Source: an uncultured virus (IMG/VR IMGVR_UViG_3300027984_000004) (Duplodnaviria; Heunggongvirae; Uroviricota; Caudoviricetes). Taken from it: a stretch of DNA of 64,000 nucleotides. Positions 19,784 to 28,695 of this stretch are shown piece after piece. Numbering within the stretch: the stretch's first letter is position 1; each line of letters begins with the position of its first letter. The stretch lies in the IMG/VR virus record IMGVR_UViG_3300027984_000004; one strand, 5' to 3'. Under the pieces are notes generated by a model, which searched no databases, was not told the origin of the DNA, and worked only from the letters and a program-made list of their open reading frames with translations. A program made the translations under genes and the position numbers.

Positions 19784-20221
19784 CTATTTCCATGCTTCCC
19801 TTATTAAAGGCAAGAATGTATTAATAAAAACCTGATAACCTGCATACCAGAACAAACTTATAACTACATATCTGAATAAAACGGCCATCCATCCAACACG
19901 CCCACGAATTACCCATGCCCCTCCTTTATCTCGTTTTGCCGTATTGCAGGCTATGCAACTGGTAGTTAGATTGGATAGGCTATTTATGCCGTCTTTCTTC
20001 CAGCGATATTTCCAGCGGAGCCAGCGTGAATGCCTAACACGCGCCACGGCATTAATATGATCAATGGCTATTTTATGTTTGTCGAATAAAAGTTTACCGC
20101 AATAATGACAATAAAATATATTTAGCCCCAACATACCATGATGATGCTTAAAATATTCATACCGGCAGTTATCTGCCCTCATATATTTGTTATTCAATGT
20201 CAATATCCCTTTCTGACACAA
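19784..20221 (-). CDS. HNH endonuclease-like protein with C-terminal hydrophobic helix
   Basis: CHYCG...IDHI...NLTTSCIACN..K.DK, then TM-like segment. Confidence 0.75.
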   Translation of the reverse strand: MCQKGILTLNNKYMRADNCRYEYFKHHHGMLGLNIFYCHYCGKLLFDKHKIAIDHINAVARVRHSRWLRWKYRWKKDGINSLSNLTTSCIACNTAKRDKGGAWVIRGRVGWMAVLFRYVVISLFWYAGYQVFINTFLPLIREAWK

Positions 20222-20390
20222 TTAAACGTTTGCCCAATGGTTTTAGAATCTTTTCGCAAGTGTCTAAGCACGGCGATACATCGCGTTTAACAATCCTATA
20301 CACAGTGGAGGGGCTAATCCCTGCCGGTTCAGATATATCACGCATAGTACAATGACTTAATGTAATGCCTAAAAATTCATAAAAATCCAT
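20190..20390 (-). CDS. Cro/CI-type HTH protein
   Basis: MRDISEPAGISPSTVYRI...PCLDTCEKILKPLG. Confidence 0.75.
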   Translation of the reverse strand: MDFYEFLGITLSHCTMRDISEPAGISPSTVYRIVKRDVSPCLDTCEKILKPLGKRLIVSERDIDIE

Positions 20391-20478
20391 ATTTTCACCC
20401 CATATATTATTATAGTATTAATATTCCATTTATGCAACAAAAAAAAGATGAAACATTTTAGTTTCATCCTCCAAAATA

Positions 20479-21075
20479 TCATTGATACTCTTTTTTTATT
20501 TTTTCAAACGCTCTTTTGCGTAAATTAGTTATGTTAGCCCTTGTGCATCCTTTTATTTTGGCGATTTCCGCATCTGACAATCCATCATAAATTGACATTC
20601 TTATAATTTCAGCCGTTTTTTCTGGCAATGATTTTAAAATTTCATTTACAATCATATTATTAGACCATGCGTATTCCGTTTCTTTTTCATCTGCTATATA
20701 ATCGAATATAGATGTTTCACTTGTGTTGTCGTTTGCTGGAATATATTCTGGTATTGCCTTAACGCGTTTCTGTTCTTTACGCATATATGCCGTAACTGTA
20801 TTATTAATAATCATTGTCGCGTACGTTGAAAAAGCAACTGCCTTGTCAAAATCAAATGTTTTTGCCGCCCTAAAAAGCCCCATACATCCATCTTGGAATA
20901 AATCTTCATATGCACTATTATCTGCACGATATCCGCGTTCTGATAATATTTTACACACAAGCCGTTGATTGTATTCAATAAACTTATTCATTGCATCTTT
21001 ATTCCCTGAACGTCCAGCCTTTAATAATGCCATATTTTCACTTGCTGGCAAGCTCTTAGATAATGTATTCGTCAT
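20479..21075 (-). CDS. RNA polymerase sigma-70 family factor, sporulation-type (SigE/K/F/G-like)
   Basis: AMNKFIEYNQRLV, EDLFQDGCMGLFRAAKTFDFDK..AFSTYA, region 4 HTH. Confidence 0.88.
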   Translation of the reverse strand: MTNTLSKSLPASENMALLKAGRSGNKDAMNKFIEYNQRLVCKILSERGYRADNSAYEDLFQDGCMGLFRAAKTFDFDKAVAFSTYATMIINNTVTAYMRKEQKRVKAIPEYIPANDNTSETSIFDYIADEKETEYAWSNNMIVNEILKSLPEKTAEIIRMSIYDGLSDAEIAKIKGCTRANITNLRKRAFEKIKKEYQ

Positions 21076-21142
21076 TTTAATCTCTCCCAGTTTATTTTAT
21101 TTGGCCGGGCATTTTACCGTCCCGGCTCGGTTATACTTTATT

Positions 21143-21397
21143 TTACCAATCCTTATAAACTATATTATCTAAATCTAATATCCTATTCATTTTAGACATT
21201 TTTTTAATTGAAAATTTTATTGCCGATTCTTCGCTTTTATAATGGCCAATATTGAACCAGTAGCTATCGCCGCCATATGACATTCCATCATTTAATACTG
21301 CCGTTGCTATCCAGCTCCCATCCGTGCCATTTTTAAATATTTCCACTTCGCAACTTCCGTCGATTGAATTAATCTTTTTCATTTTTTTGCCTCCCAT
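21143..21397 (-). CDS. hypothetical protein
   Basis: ORF downstream of promoter motif, GGGAGG RBS. Confidence 0.55.
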   Translation of the reverse strand: MGGKKMKKINSIDGSCEVEIFKNGTDGSWIATAVLNDGMSYGGDSYWFNIGHYKSEESAIKFSIKKMSKMNRILDLDNIVYKDW

Positions 21398-21435
21398 TTT
21401 TTTCTTATACTGTATTATATGAATACTATACCATT

Positions 21436-21490
21436 GTGATACATAGAATACATTAAAATTAGGTTAAGAAATACATGGAATACATTAGAA
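21436..21490 (-). promoter_or_regulatory. tandem copies 6 and 7 of the phage promoter motif
   Basis: GTGATACATAGAATACATTAAAA (21436-21458) and ATACATGGAATACATTAGAA (21471-21490). Confidence 0.7.
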
Positions 21491-21582
21491 TACAATTAAA
21501 ACAAAAGGCGCTCATATGAGCGCCCAAACACGGAAGAAAGAAAATTAGGGAGGCACTAGCCGCAAACCAGTACACTATAATA

Positions 21583-22197
21583 TTATTCTTTATCTGGATT
21601 TATGATACACGCAATTTTTTTTATCGCACGTCCACGTGCTCGGCATACTGTGCTACGCTTCATATTTAACAGTTCTCCGATTTCTTTATCTCTAATTCCT
21701 TCTATATAATACATTTTTAAAATTCTTTGTTCGCGTTCATTTATCATGGATAGCATTCCAGGAGCCATTATTTCAGCAATCCATTTATCTTCTGTTTGTT
21801 TTGTATCTTCGATGATATCAAATACAGAATCCGAATCTTGATCAAATTCACGCATATTTCCCAATGCCGTAAATTCATCAACCTCATGTCTTTGCTTTCG
21901 CTCAGACCGCATAAAAATACGGATGCCGTTTTCAACAACTATTCCTGCATACGTTGAGAATGGCAATCCTTTGCTTGGATTAAATTTGTCTATAGCATTT
22001 AACAATGCTATTACACATGTTTGAAAAATATCCTCATAGTTATTGTGAGATTGCTTATAGCCAAATTTCGATACTATTCTGACTATTAATCTTAGGTTAT
22101 GTTCCACAAGTTTATCCCTTGCAGTTTTATCACCGGATTGAGCTTTTTCAAGTAATTCTGCCGTTTCTTCTATAGTAAGTGCTGGTAATAATGTCAA
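21583..22197 (-). CDS. RNA polymerase sigma-70 family factor, sporulation-type (SigE/K/F/G-like)
   Basis: ARDKLVEHNLRLIVRIV, EDIFQ...LLNAIDKFNPSKGLPFSTYA, REQRIL...EIGELL..RSTVCR. Confidence 0.9.
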   Translation of the reverse strand: MTLLPALTIEETAELLEKAQSGDKTARDKLVEHNLRLIVRIVSKFGYKQSHNNYEDIFQTCVIALLNAIDKFNPSKGLPFSTYAGIVVENGIRIFMRSERKQRHEVDEFTALGNMREFDQDSDSVFDIIEDTKQTEDKWIAEIMAPGMLSMINEREQRILKMYYIEGIRDKEIGELLNMKRSTVCRARGRAIKKIACIINPDKE

Positions 22198-22486
22198 GTC
22201 AACCCCTTCTCTGTGTATTTTCCTGTCCTATTTTTGTCATTTGTAAGAATGAGAATACTTAAGATATTCCCAATTATAATATTATTATACCATAATAAAT
22301 ATTTAAAACAATTAAATGTAATAATATTACTTTGTTTTATTTGTGATTACATTGTTTATTAATAAAAATGCCGCCCAGGAGGACGGCAATATAGGCTCGC
22401 AGATTGGGCCATTAGAATTGTGTAGGCAAGCCTACATTTACATAATATTCATATATCTGCATATTGGTTCAATTTATTTATTACTA

Positions 22487-22900
22487 TTATTTTACTTTTT
22501 GACCTATTGCGTCAAGTTTTATCTGTAAGCCTTTAATCAAAACTTGCTCATCCCGTGTGAATGCATATCGTTTACTTTGCTCAACAAACATGTTAGCATG
22601 TTGATACTCCGATTTAGCAATAACGCGATTGCCTTTATTTTGATAATTTTCGCAATCCTCCATCTCATGTTCAATTACCAGTATAAAATCAGATACCTGT
22701 TTGCGTCCTATCAATATTGGTTCTGGAATAGGCTCATATTGTAGTTTTGCAATTTGTTGTATATCGTTATCTCCACAAAGTTTATCTTGAACTACATATA
22801 AAGCGGCTAATAGTTGCGTATTTGCCTTTGTAGGCTCATCCTGTAACGTCAATGTTATCTGATTCTTAACTGCCATAATCCAATCTTCGGCAGAAAACAA
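22487..22900 (-). CDS. hypothetical protein of accessory module
   Basis: 137-aa ORF; C-terminal EHEMEDCENY...EYQHA resembles a ferritin-like helix pair. Confidence 0.5.
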   Translation of the reverse strand: MFSAEDWIMAVKNQITLTLQDEPTKANTQLLAALYVVQDKLCGDNDIQQIAKLQYEPIPEPILIGRKQVSDFILVIEHEMEDCENYQNKGNRVIAKSEYQHANMFVEQSKRYAFTRDEQVLIKGLQIKLDAIGQKVK

Positions 22901-23076
22901 TTATTTTCTACCCCCTAAACATAGATATACCATATGAAATAGCTAGTAATAATGATATTACTAAAATAACTACAAGCAAAAAAGCATAATTGCTTAAATA
23001 CAACTGATCTATATATGCCGCCGGAGCGGTTAATGTATTATTCATTGTTATCCCTTTCAAAAAAAACCGCCAGATA

Positions 23077-23649
23077 TTAAATCGGCGGGTTATCTTTGTA
23101 AAGTCGTTTTATTTTTTTGATATATTTCTGTTCTATTTCTGGTTGAATACTTACTATTGTGGGATAATCCCATTCCATTCCATTCAGTGCTGTTGCCATA
23201 TCGGATATAGTTATTAACTCGCCTGCAACATCTTTTATTATCTTTGAAACAAACCCATAATCAGTAACATCGCCATCATCAATAAGCTGTTTGCCTATAA
23301 AACCGTACTCGTTAAGCGTGTTTTTTTCCCAGGCAATGTATTCATTCCAGACAGCTTGTAAGGCCAACCATTTACTATTAGGACTTGCAAGGGTTAGCTT
23401 CTCCTTTTTAATCAAAGAATCTATAGGATTAATATTAATCGGCGGATATTCCTGCAATATCTGATTATACATGACAATAACATATTTTTTTAGATTGCGT
23501 TTAGTGTTGGATTCAGTTATGTACTGGTATTGATGGAGTTCAGTAAATCCCTGTAATGCTAAAAACATAAAAAAATCACGCGAACTAGAATGAAATGCCA
23601 ATGCTGATGTAAGTCTTTCATCAACCTTCAACAACAATTCTAGGCTCAT
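23077..23649 (-). CDS. ferritin-like domain protein (phage type)
   Basis: ALAFH...FLALQGF.ELHQYQY..E; WNEYIAWEKNTL..Y; IIKDVAGEL helical-bundle pattern. Confidence 0.55.
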   Translation of the reverse strand: MSLELLLKVDERLTSALAFHSSSRDFFMFLALQGFTELHQYQYITESNTKRNLKKYVIVMYNQILQEYPPININPIDSLIKKEKLTLASPNSKWLALQAVWNEYIAWEKNTLNEYGFIGKQLIDDGDVTDYGFVSKIIKDVAGELITISDMATALNGMEWDYPTIVSIQPEIEQKYIKKIKRLYKDNPPI

Positions 23650-23653
23650 AAGC

Positions 23654-24772
23654 CTATCTCATTCCTGCCCCGGTTCCCGGTACGCCTCTTTTAAGCTCAT
23701 TGGTTGTATCCGCCTTGGCTTCCGTACGCGTGTCTAATGCGGATCGCGCTTCATTAACACCGCGTAAATAGTTTTCATTTGCAATTCTTTCTTGCTCAAT
23801 ACGTTTGGCTTCTGCTCGACGCATCGTCTCTTCCATAGCTTCTGCCTCTGCGTCCATTTCCATACGTGGGATGTCTGCTCTCATTTCGTTTGACGGCGTT
23901 GTTCTTGCCTCGGCGTATCCTTTTATAAATCTACCTGTACGTTTGCTTCTTCGTGGCATTCTACGCGCCATTTCCATATCTGTATCAGTTTCATATTCCT
24001 GACCATCAGCGCGATATTCCATTTCTTGACGGGTAGTTTCTGTTGCGGTTCTACGTGCTTCATCTCTTGCAACCTCACGCGCTTCTGCACGTATTTCATC
24101 TACGTTAACATTTGCGTCAGCTTCATATTCTGAACGATAACCACGCCGTCCGCGTCCAGTTCCAGGAACTCCACGCTTCATTTTTGAAGGTTCATGATAT
24201 TCTTGCCCGTCATTTCTATATTCATTATAATCATCACGATATTCATATTCATTATAATCTTGTCTGGTGCCGGTTCCGGGAACCCCCCTGCGCATCATGC
24301 TGTCATCACGATATTCGTATTCGTTTCTACGTGGCGCTGTGCCAGGTACTCCGCGTTTCATCGCGTCAGATTCATATTCGTATTCATTGTATTGTCTGGT
24401 ACCTGTCCCCGGTACGCCTTTGCGATTATAGGAATTATAGGCATTTTCCATGAGCTGAGGTAGCGGCCCGGGGAATATTTGTGACCAAGGATTGCTATAT
24501 TGACTGCCGCTAGTTTGAAAACCTATAGGTTGCTTAGTATCTCCACCTATAAATTTTTGCATAACTTCTTTTAATCCGACATCTTTCGCTTCACAAAGTA
24601 AATTCAATATTTCTGTAAACACAGTGGCAGTTGATAAATTTGCAATAGCCTGAGCATCACGCATCTCCATTTTGCCACCTGAATCTAACTTAGTTGAATA
24701 TTCTGTAAGTTCGCTTTCTAATTGTTTTATCAATTTTTTCAGACTTTCTATCGCTAAAACCTTCTTTCGCAC
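23654..24772 (-). CDS. repeat-rich charged protein with five (K/R)GVPGT(G/A) motifs
   Basis: 372-aa ORF; repeats visible in the translation. Confidence 0.7.
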   Translation of the reverse strand: MRKKVLAIESLKKLIKQLESELTEYSTKLDSGGKMEMRDAQAIANLSTATVFTEILNLLCEAKDVGLKEVMQKFIGGDTKQPIGFQTSGSQYSNPWSQIFPGPLPQLMENAYNSYNRKGVPGTGTRQYNEYEYESDAMKRGVPGTAPRRNEYEYRDDSMMRRGVPGTGTRQDYNEYEYRDDYNEYRNDGQEYHEPSKMKRGVPGTGRGRRGYRSEYEADANVNVDEIRAEAREVARDEARRTATETTRQEMEYRADGQEYETDTDMEMARRMPRRSKRTGRFIKGYAEARTTPSNEMRADIPRMEMDAEAEAMEETMRRAEAKRIEQERIANENYLRGVNEARSALDTRTEAKADTTNELKRGVPGTGAGMR

Positions 24773-24881
24773 ATATAATAGTACATAGGCAGACGCGGGA
24801 TCGATACCGTTGGGCGTTACCTCAAGCGCCCATGTCCGCTATTATTATTGAGGGTGAAATCGAGAGGGGATTTATTTAAGA

Positions 24882-24962
24882 ATATCATTAGGTGAATATC
24901 ATTCATTTGAAGATGCTGTTAACGCACGTCGCAATGGTGAAAAATTATATTGGAATAAATAA
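24882..24962 (+). pseudogene. remnant of AP2-domain (HNH-AP2 endonuclease) C-terminus
   Basis: Manual: ISLGEYHSFEDAVNARRNGEKLYWNK*. Confidence 0.55.
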
Positions 24963-25002
24963 TGTTTAAATATTAGCGGGGTTAAGATAACCCCGCTTTT
25001 TA

Positions 25003-25839
25003 TTACCAATTACGCCAAGGATGCACTGGAATATTCCCGTCATGACATCCACAACGCGGAAAATTTGCAACAACAAAGACACCATTATTTGTGCTTCGAC
25101 CAGGGATTCTTACTAGATCACCACATGAACGCGGACTGCTAACCCATGCAAATAAGTTAGCACCGAATGCAGTATTTACGTTTTCACAACGGAGACCCAC
25201 TAAAATCCAGATCTCGCGATCGATCAGTTGTTCGCATTCAAAGACCAATATTTCAATAGTTACACTGGCATCATTTAATGTTGTATTGCTAACAACTCTA
25301 AATTCAAAATGCCGTTTAGGTTTACAATCATCCTTGCATTCATCGTGCCCGTCAAATCCTGCAACTGACAAATCTTGCGGCGCAAGTTCAGGAAAAAAGC
25401 TTAAATCAGCACGCAATAATCCATCCCTTGTAAACATGTGAGAATTTTGCCGAATAACTGCTTCAATATTTGCCGTCGAAAAACCAAATGTATTCATATT
25501 GCCTTGTTTTATTAGCAAATACGCCGGAAAATTTCCGCTTGTAATATTAATAGAATCTGAGGGTATCTCAATAATAAAATTGCGATTTTGACGATATTTA
25601 TCGGCATCACCAATAAGGAATACTGCATTGTCAACTCCGGCTAATTGCACTACACGTTCTATTGTAATTACACGCGGTGATTCGCAAACAATCGGGTAGC
25701 GGTGCGAATTTGTACTGCATAACGCATTTGGCCCGCACTCACATGTTCTACCAAGTCTACTATTACCGGCATTAAAACCACAACTAATTAAACGTTGTAC
25801 GTTTTCTGCCGCCCTAACTGGAAAAAATCCATCTATCAT
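25003..25839 (-). CDS. Cys-containing hypothetical protein of accessory module
   Basis: 278-aa ORF, AAGGAG RBS. Confidence 0.65.
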   Translation of the reverse strand: MIDGFFPVRAAENVQRLISCGFNAGNSRLGRTCECGPNALCSTNSHRYPIVCESPRVITIERVVQLAGVDNAVFLIGDADKYRQNRNFIIEIPSDSINITSGNFPAYLLIKQGNMNTFGFSTANIEAVIRQNSHMFTRDGLLRADLSFFPELAPQDLSVAGFDGHDECKDDCKPKRHFEFRVVSNTTLNDASVTIEILVFECEQLIDREIWILVGLRCENVNTAFGANLFAWVSSPRSCGDLVRIPGRSTNNGVFVVANFPRCGCHDGNIPVHPWRNW

Positions 25840-25949
25840 TTATTAAAACTCTCCTTAATTTATAATTAAGCGGAGAGCATAGACCCCCGGTAGGTCTAAT
25901 TTCTCAACGCTTATGTCAAATCACACCCGGAATGTGATTAAACATCATA

Positions 25950-27654
25950 TTAACAATAACCATACCCAGGCGAGTTATGCCCATCTCCATAGCAATATTG
26001 ATTTACAGGAGCATATGGAGTGCCATAAAACGGGGTGTAACTCGGTCTCGGGACTTTCATACGCTCTTTAGCAAGTTCTTCTTTTAACATATCAATCTCT
26101 GAACGGTTAAGCCTATCTTCAATTTTACGGAAACCTTCCTGTTGCGCAAATAGAAGTTCCTTAGTGTTTTGAAGGGATATAATTGCCTGGTCTTTAAATC
26201 CCATCCCGGCATCATAACGTACCTGATCCGTCAAACGCGCCTGATCGTAGAATCCTTTATCTGTGGCCGTGCGATTTTCATAAAAATAACGCGCATTATC
26301 CATTGACTGTGTATAAGCATTGTCTTTTATTTCTGTGCGCGTTTGGGCAAATTCGCGCATAAGATCTCTTTCCAAATCCCACATATGCCCGGTTGCGTTA
26401 AAATTGCAAGGATCGCAACAGTTATTATTACATCCTTTTTGTTGATTATTCATTGCACCAACAGCTAATGCCGGTGCTAACGCATTCATAGGATTATCAC
26501 TGTATTCTTTATGGCGTGGTTCGTCCCGCCGCCATATGAGGATCAATGCGAAAAATCAAATATTATATGTAGTTTTTTATCTACATCCTATCTTTTCAGA
26601 ACACTTGACATTTTAAAAGCATGCGTTATAATGGTACATATAACTATTAAAAAGGAGTTGTTATATGCATCCATATGCGCAAGATATTACAGGAAATAAA
26701 TACGGTCGATGGACTGTTTTATCATATTCACATAGCAAGGGAAATGGGCGAACATACTATGATTGCCAATGTGATTGCGGTACATTAAAAACTGTTGCAA
26801 GATTGTCTTTAGTTAACGGCAAATCACAATCGTGCGGATGTTTGCATCTCGAACGCGTAACAAAACACAAAGAACGAGATAAAAAATTATATAGCATATG
26901 GCATAATTTTATAGATCGTTGCTATCGCACAAAAAATCCATTTTATCAATATTATGGCGGACGCGGAATAACAGTTTGTGATGAATGGAGACAAGATTAT
27001 TCCACTTTTCACAAATGGGCATTCGAACATGGTTATAAACATGGGTTAAGTATAGACCGCATTGATAATAATTTAGGATATACTCCAGATAATTGCAAAT
27101 TTTCTACTAATTTAGAACAAATGCAAAATAGAAGATCTACACTTAAAATAACATATAATAATGAAACCAAAACAATGTTTGAATGGGCAAATATTGTTGG
27201 TATATCATACTATGCAATCCGCGAAAGAATAAAAAGAGGATGGTGTGCTGAACAAGCATTGACCATTCCATCAAACCGTACTAATCGTATTAATCGCATT
27301 AATTTACGTCAAGTTAGGGTTCGGCCTATATCATAGTCTACAGCATTACCTGTTTAGACCCGGCGCGCTCGTGTCGGGTTTATTAGTATCCATCTTCACC
27401 CGTTAGGCTCTGCTCTTTCTAAGGTACTTTTACTGGATTCTCTTAGCTTAGATCAGGATTACCTTGTGTTTTTACCATTTAGGTTCCCCTGAGTTCACGC
27501 CGTTTTCTGTAAAAATTTCTATTTACAGTCACATTTTTTACATGATTACAATTGCAAAGATCCACATACCAGACCACCAACCGTTGCGATCATCTCCTTG
27601 ACCTCCGGTTGCTGTCAACACATTTGGCAATCCTCCGGTATTTTCATACACCAT
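25950..27654 (-). CDS. intron-split membrane-anchored protein: exon 1 27654-27542, exon 2 26556-25950, 239 aa spliced
   Basis: Splicing joins ...GWWSGMWIFAIVI-I-FFALILIWRRDEP into one TM helix, followed by a CC motif and coiled coil. Confidence 0.8.
26605..26632 (+). promoter_or_regulatory. sigma-A-type promoter for intron HNH gene
   Basis: TTGACA-16nt-TATAAT, then AAGGAG RBS and ATG at 26665. Confidence 0.75.
26665..27336 (+). CDS. HNH homing endonuclease (intron-encoded, opposite strand)
   Basis: CQCDCG..SCGC, YYGGRGITVCDEW, SIDRIDNNLGYTPDNC...EQMQNRR. Confidence 0.9.
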   Translation: MHPYAQDITGNKYGRWTVLSYSHSKGNGRTYYDCQCDCGTLKTVARLSLVNGKSQSCGCLHLERVTKHKERDKKLYSIWHNFIDRCYRTKNPFYQYYGGRGITVCDEWRQDYSTFHKWAFEHGYKHGLSIDRIDNNLGYTPDNCKFSTNLEQMQNRRSTLKITYNNETKTMFEWANIVGISYYAIRERIKRGWCAEQALTIPSNRTNRINRINLRQVRVRPIS

Positions 27655-27805
27655 TCGACAAAATCACTTCCTTAAATGTTATTTTTATAACAAGTCAACT
27701 AAAGTTGACATATTATCGCTATCTTGCATATAATAGATATGTCCGGTTTAACTCTCCCGTTTTTCGGATCTCCTTATCTGGCCGCTTGTTCTGCAAAACA
27801 GGCGG

Positions 27806-28108
27806 TCAGCTTTCTTTATAGTACTTAGGATCTGAACCTTCAAATTTCTTGCGGAGACGCTCAAATTCTTTACGTTCTTCATCATTTTCATCAGACGATT
27901 CTTGTTTCTGCTGGCTTTGCTTTTGCGATTCCTTATCCTTCATTTCTTTTTTCTCAAAATCTTCTAATGCTTTAATATCCTTATCCTCAATCATATCCTG
28001 AACCATCTTGCGTTTTTGTGCTGGCAATGATGCAATCCCTGCAATAAGACTAGACAATCCAAATATTGCTAAAGTTTTTACCAGCGTTTCAGGTATTCCG
28101 CCCTCCAT
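27806..28108 (-). CDS. hypothetical protein, N-terminal TM and charged tail
   Basis: 100-aa ORF coupled to SOD-like gene. Confidence 0.55.
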   Translation of the reverse strand: MEGGIPETLVKTLAIFGLSSLIAGIASLPAQKRKMVQDMIEDKDIKALEDFEKKEMKDKESQKQSQQKQESSDENDEERKEFERLRKKFEGSDPKYYKES

Positions 28109-28695
28109 TATTCAACCTCCAGTGCTTTTGTTCTGCGTTCAACTACTTTCCAGCACAAATGTTTTACTGCATTCTCTATGTACAAATCTTGATTGGCAGG
28201 ATAATCCATCATAAATGAATGTTCATAGCAATCCAGAACAATCAAAGGATACATATTGATAATCAATCCGCAATCATGCGTATCTAATAAAATATTTTGT
28301 AGACTACAAGTCTTTTGTTCATATGAAGCTATACACCATCCACGGGAGGATTTTCCACAAGCGATAAAATCATCTTGCCATTCTTCTAAACCGCCAAAAC
28401 AATCTTTAGCCAGTCTATCGAAACATTCTCCAGGTTTTTCATTTTCTCGGCATAAATTTCTAAAGAATAACTCATGCAGTAATACGCTACTTAAATTATA
28501 CGATAATTCTGCCTTCAAACCACGATAATAGGAATAATTCTTATTTGCATTGTCATAGTCTGGATTGCTAGATAGTTTAGCTAATATTTCATTCACCTTA
28601 TTGGCATATCCTGCATAGAGCTTTTTATGAGCCTGAAATGCCTTTTCACTAACCAAACTTGTATTATATACAAAATCAATCATATCTATTTTCAT
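28108..28695 (-). CDS. Fe/Mn superoxide dismutase family protein
   Basis: AHKKLYAGY, LHELFF, SSRGW, PLIVLDCYEHSF (variant of DxWEHAY). Confidence 0.82.
   Translation of the reverse strand: MKIDMIDFVYNTSLVSEKAFQAHKKLYAGYANKVNEILAKLSSNPDYDNANKNYSYYRGLKAELSYNLSSVLLHELFFRNLCRENEKPGECFDRLAKDCFGGLEEWQDDFIACGKSSRGWCIASYEQKTCSLQNILLDTHDCGLIINMYPLIVLDCYEHSFMMDYPANQDLYIENAVKHLCWKVVERRTKALEVE

Larger units (their letters stand above)
26557..27541 (-). mobile_element. group I self-splicing intron (985 nt) carrying an antisense HNH gene
   Basis: P1 with U.G at 5' splice site, P10, P3 CGGCGUG/CGCGCCG, P7 GCCUA/UAGGC, GAUAUAGGCC S element, terminal G at 26557. Confidence 0.85.

Noticed and set aside
6475..21490. 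23-bp repeats as a CRISPR array
   Set aside because: Copies are kilobases apart, separated by genes, and sit at a fixed distance from -10 boxes; a promoter interpretation fits better.
24795..24812. tRNA suggested by T-loop-like GGGATCGATACC
   Set aside because: No cloverleaf, D-arm or anticodon arm can be built.
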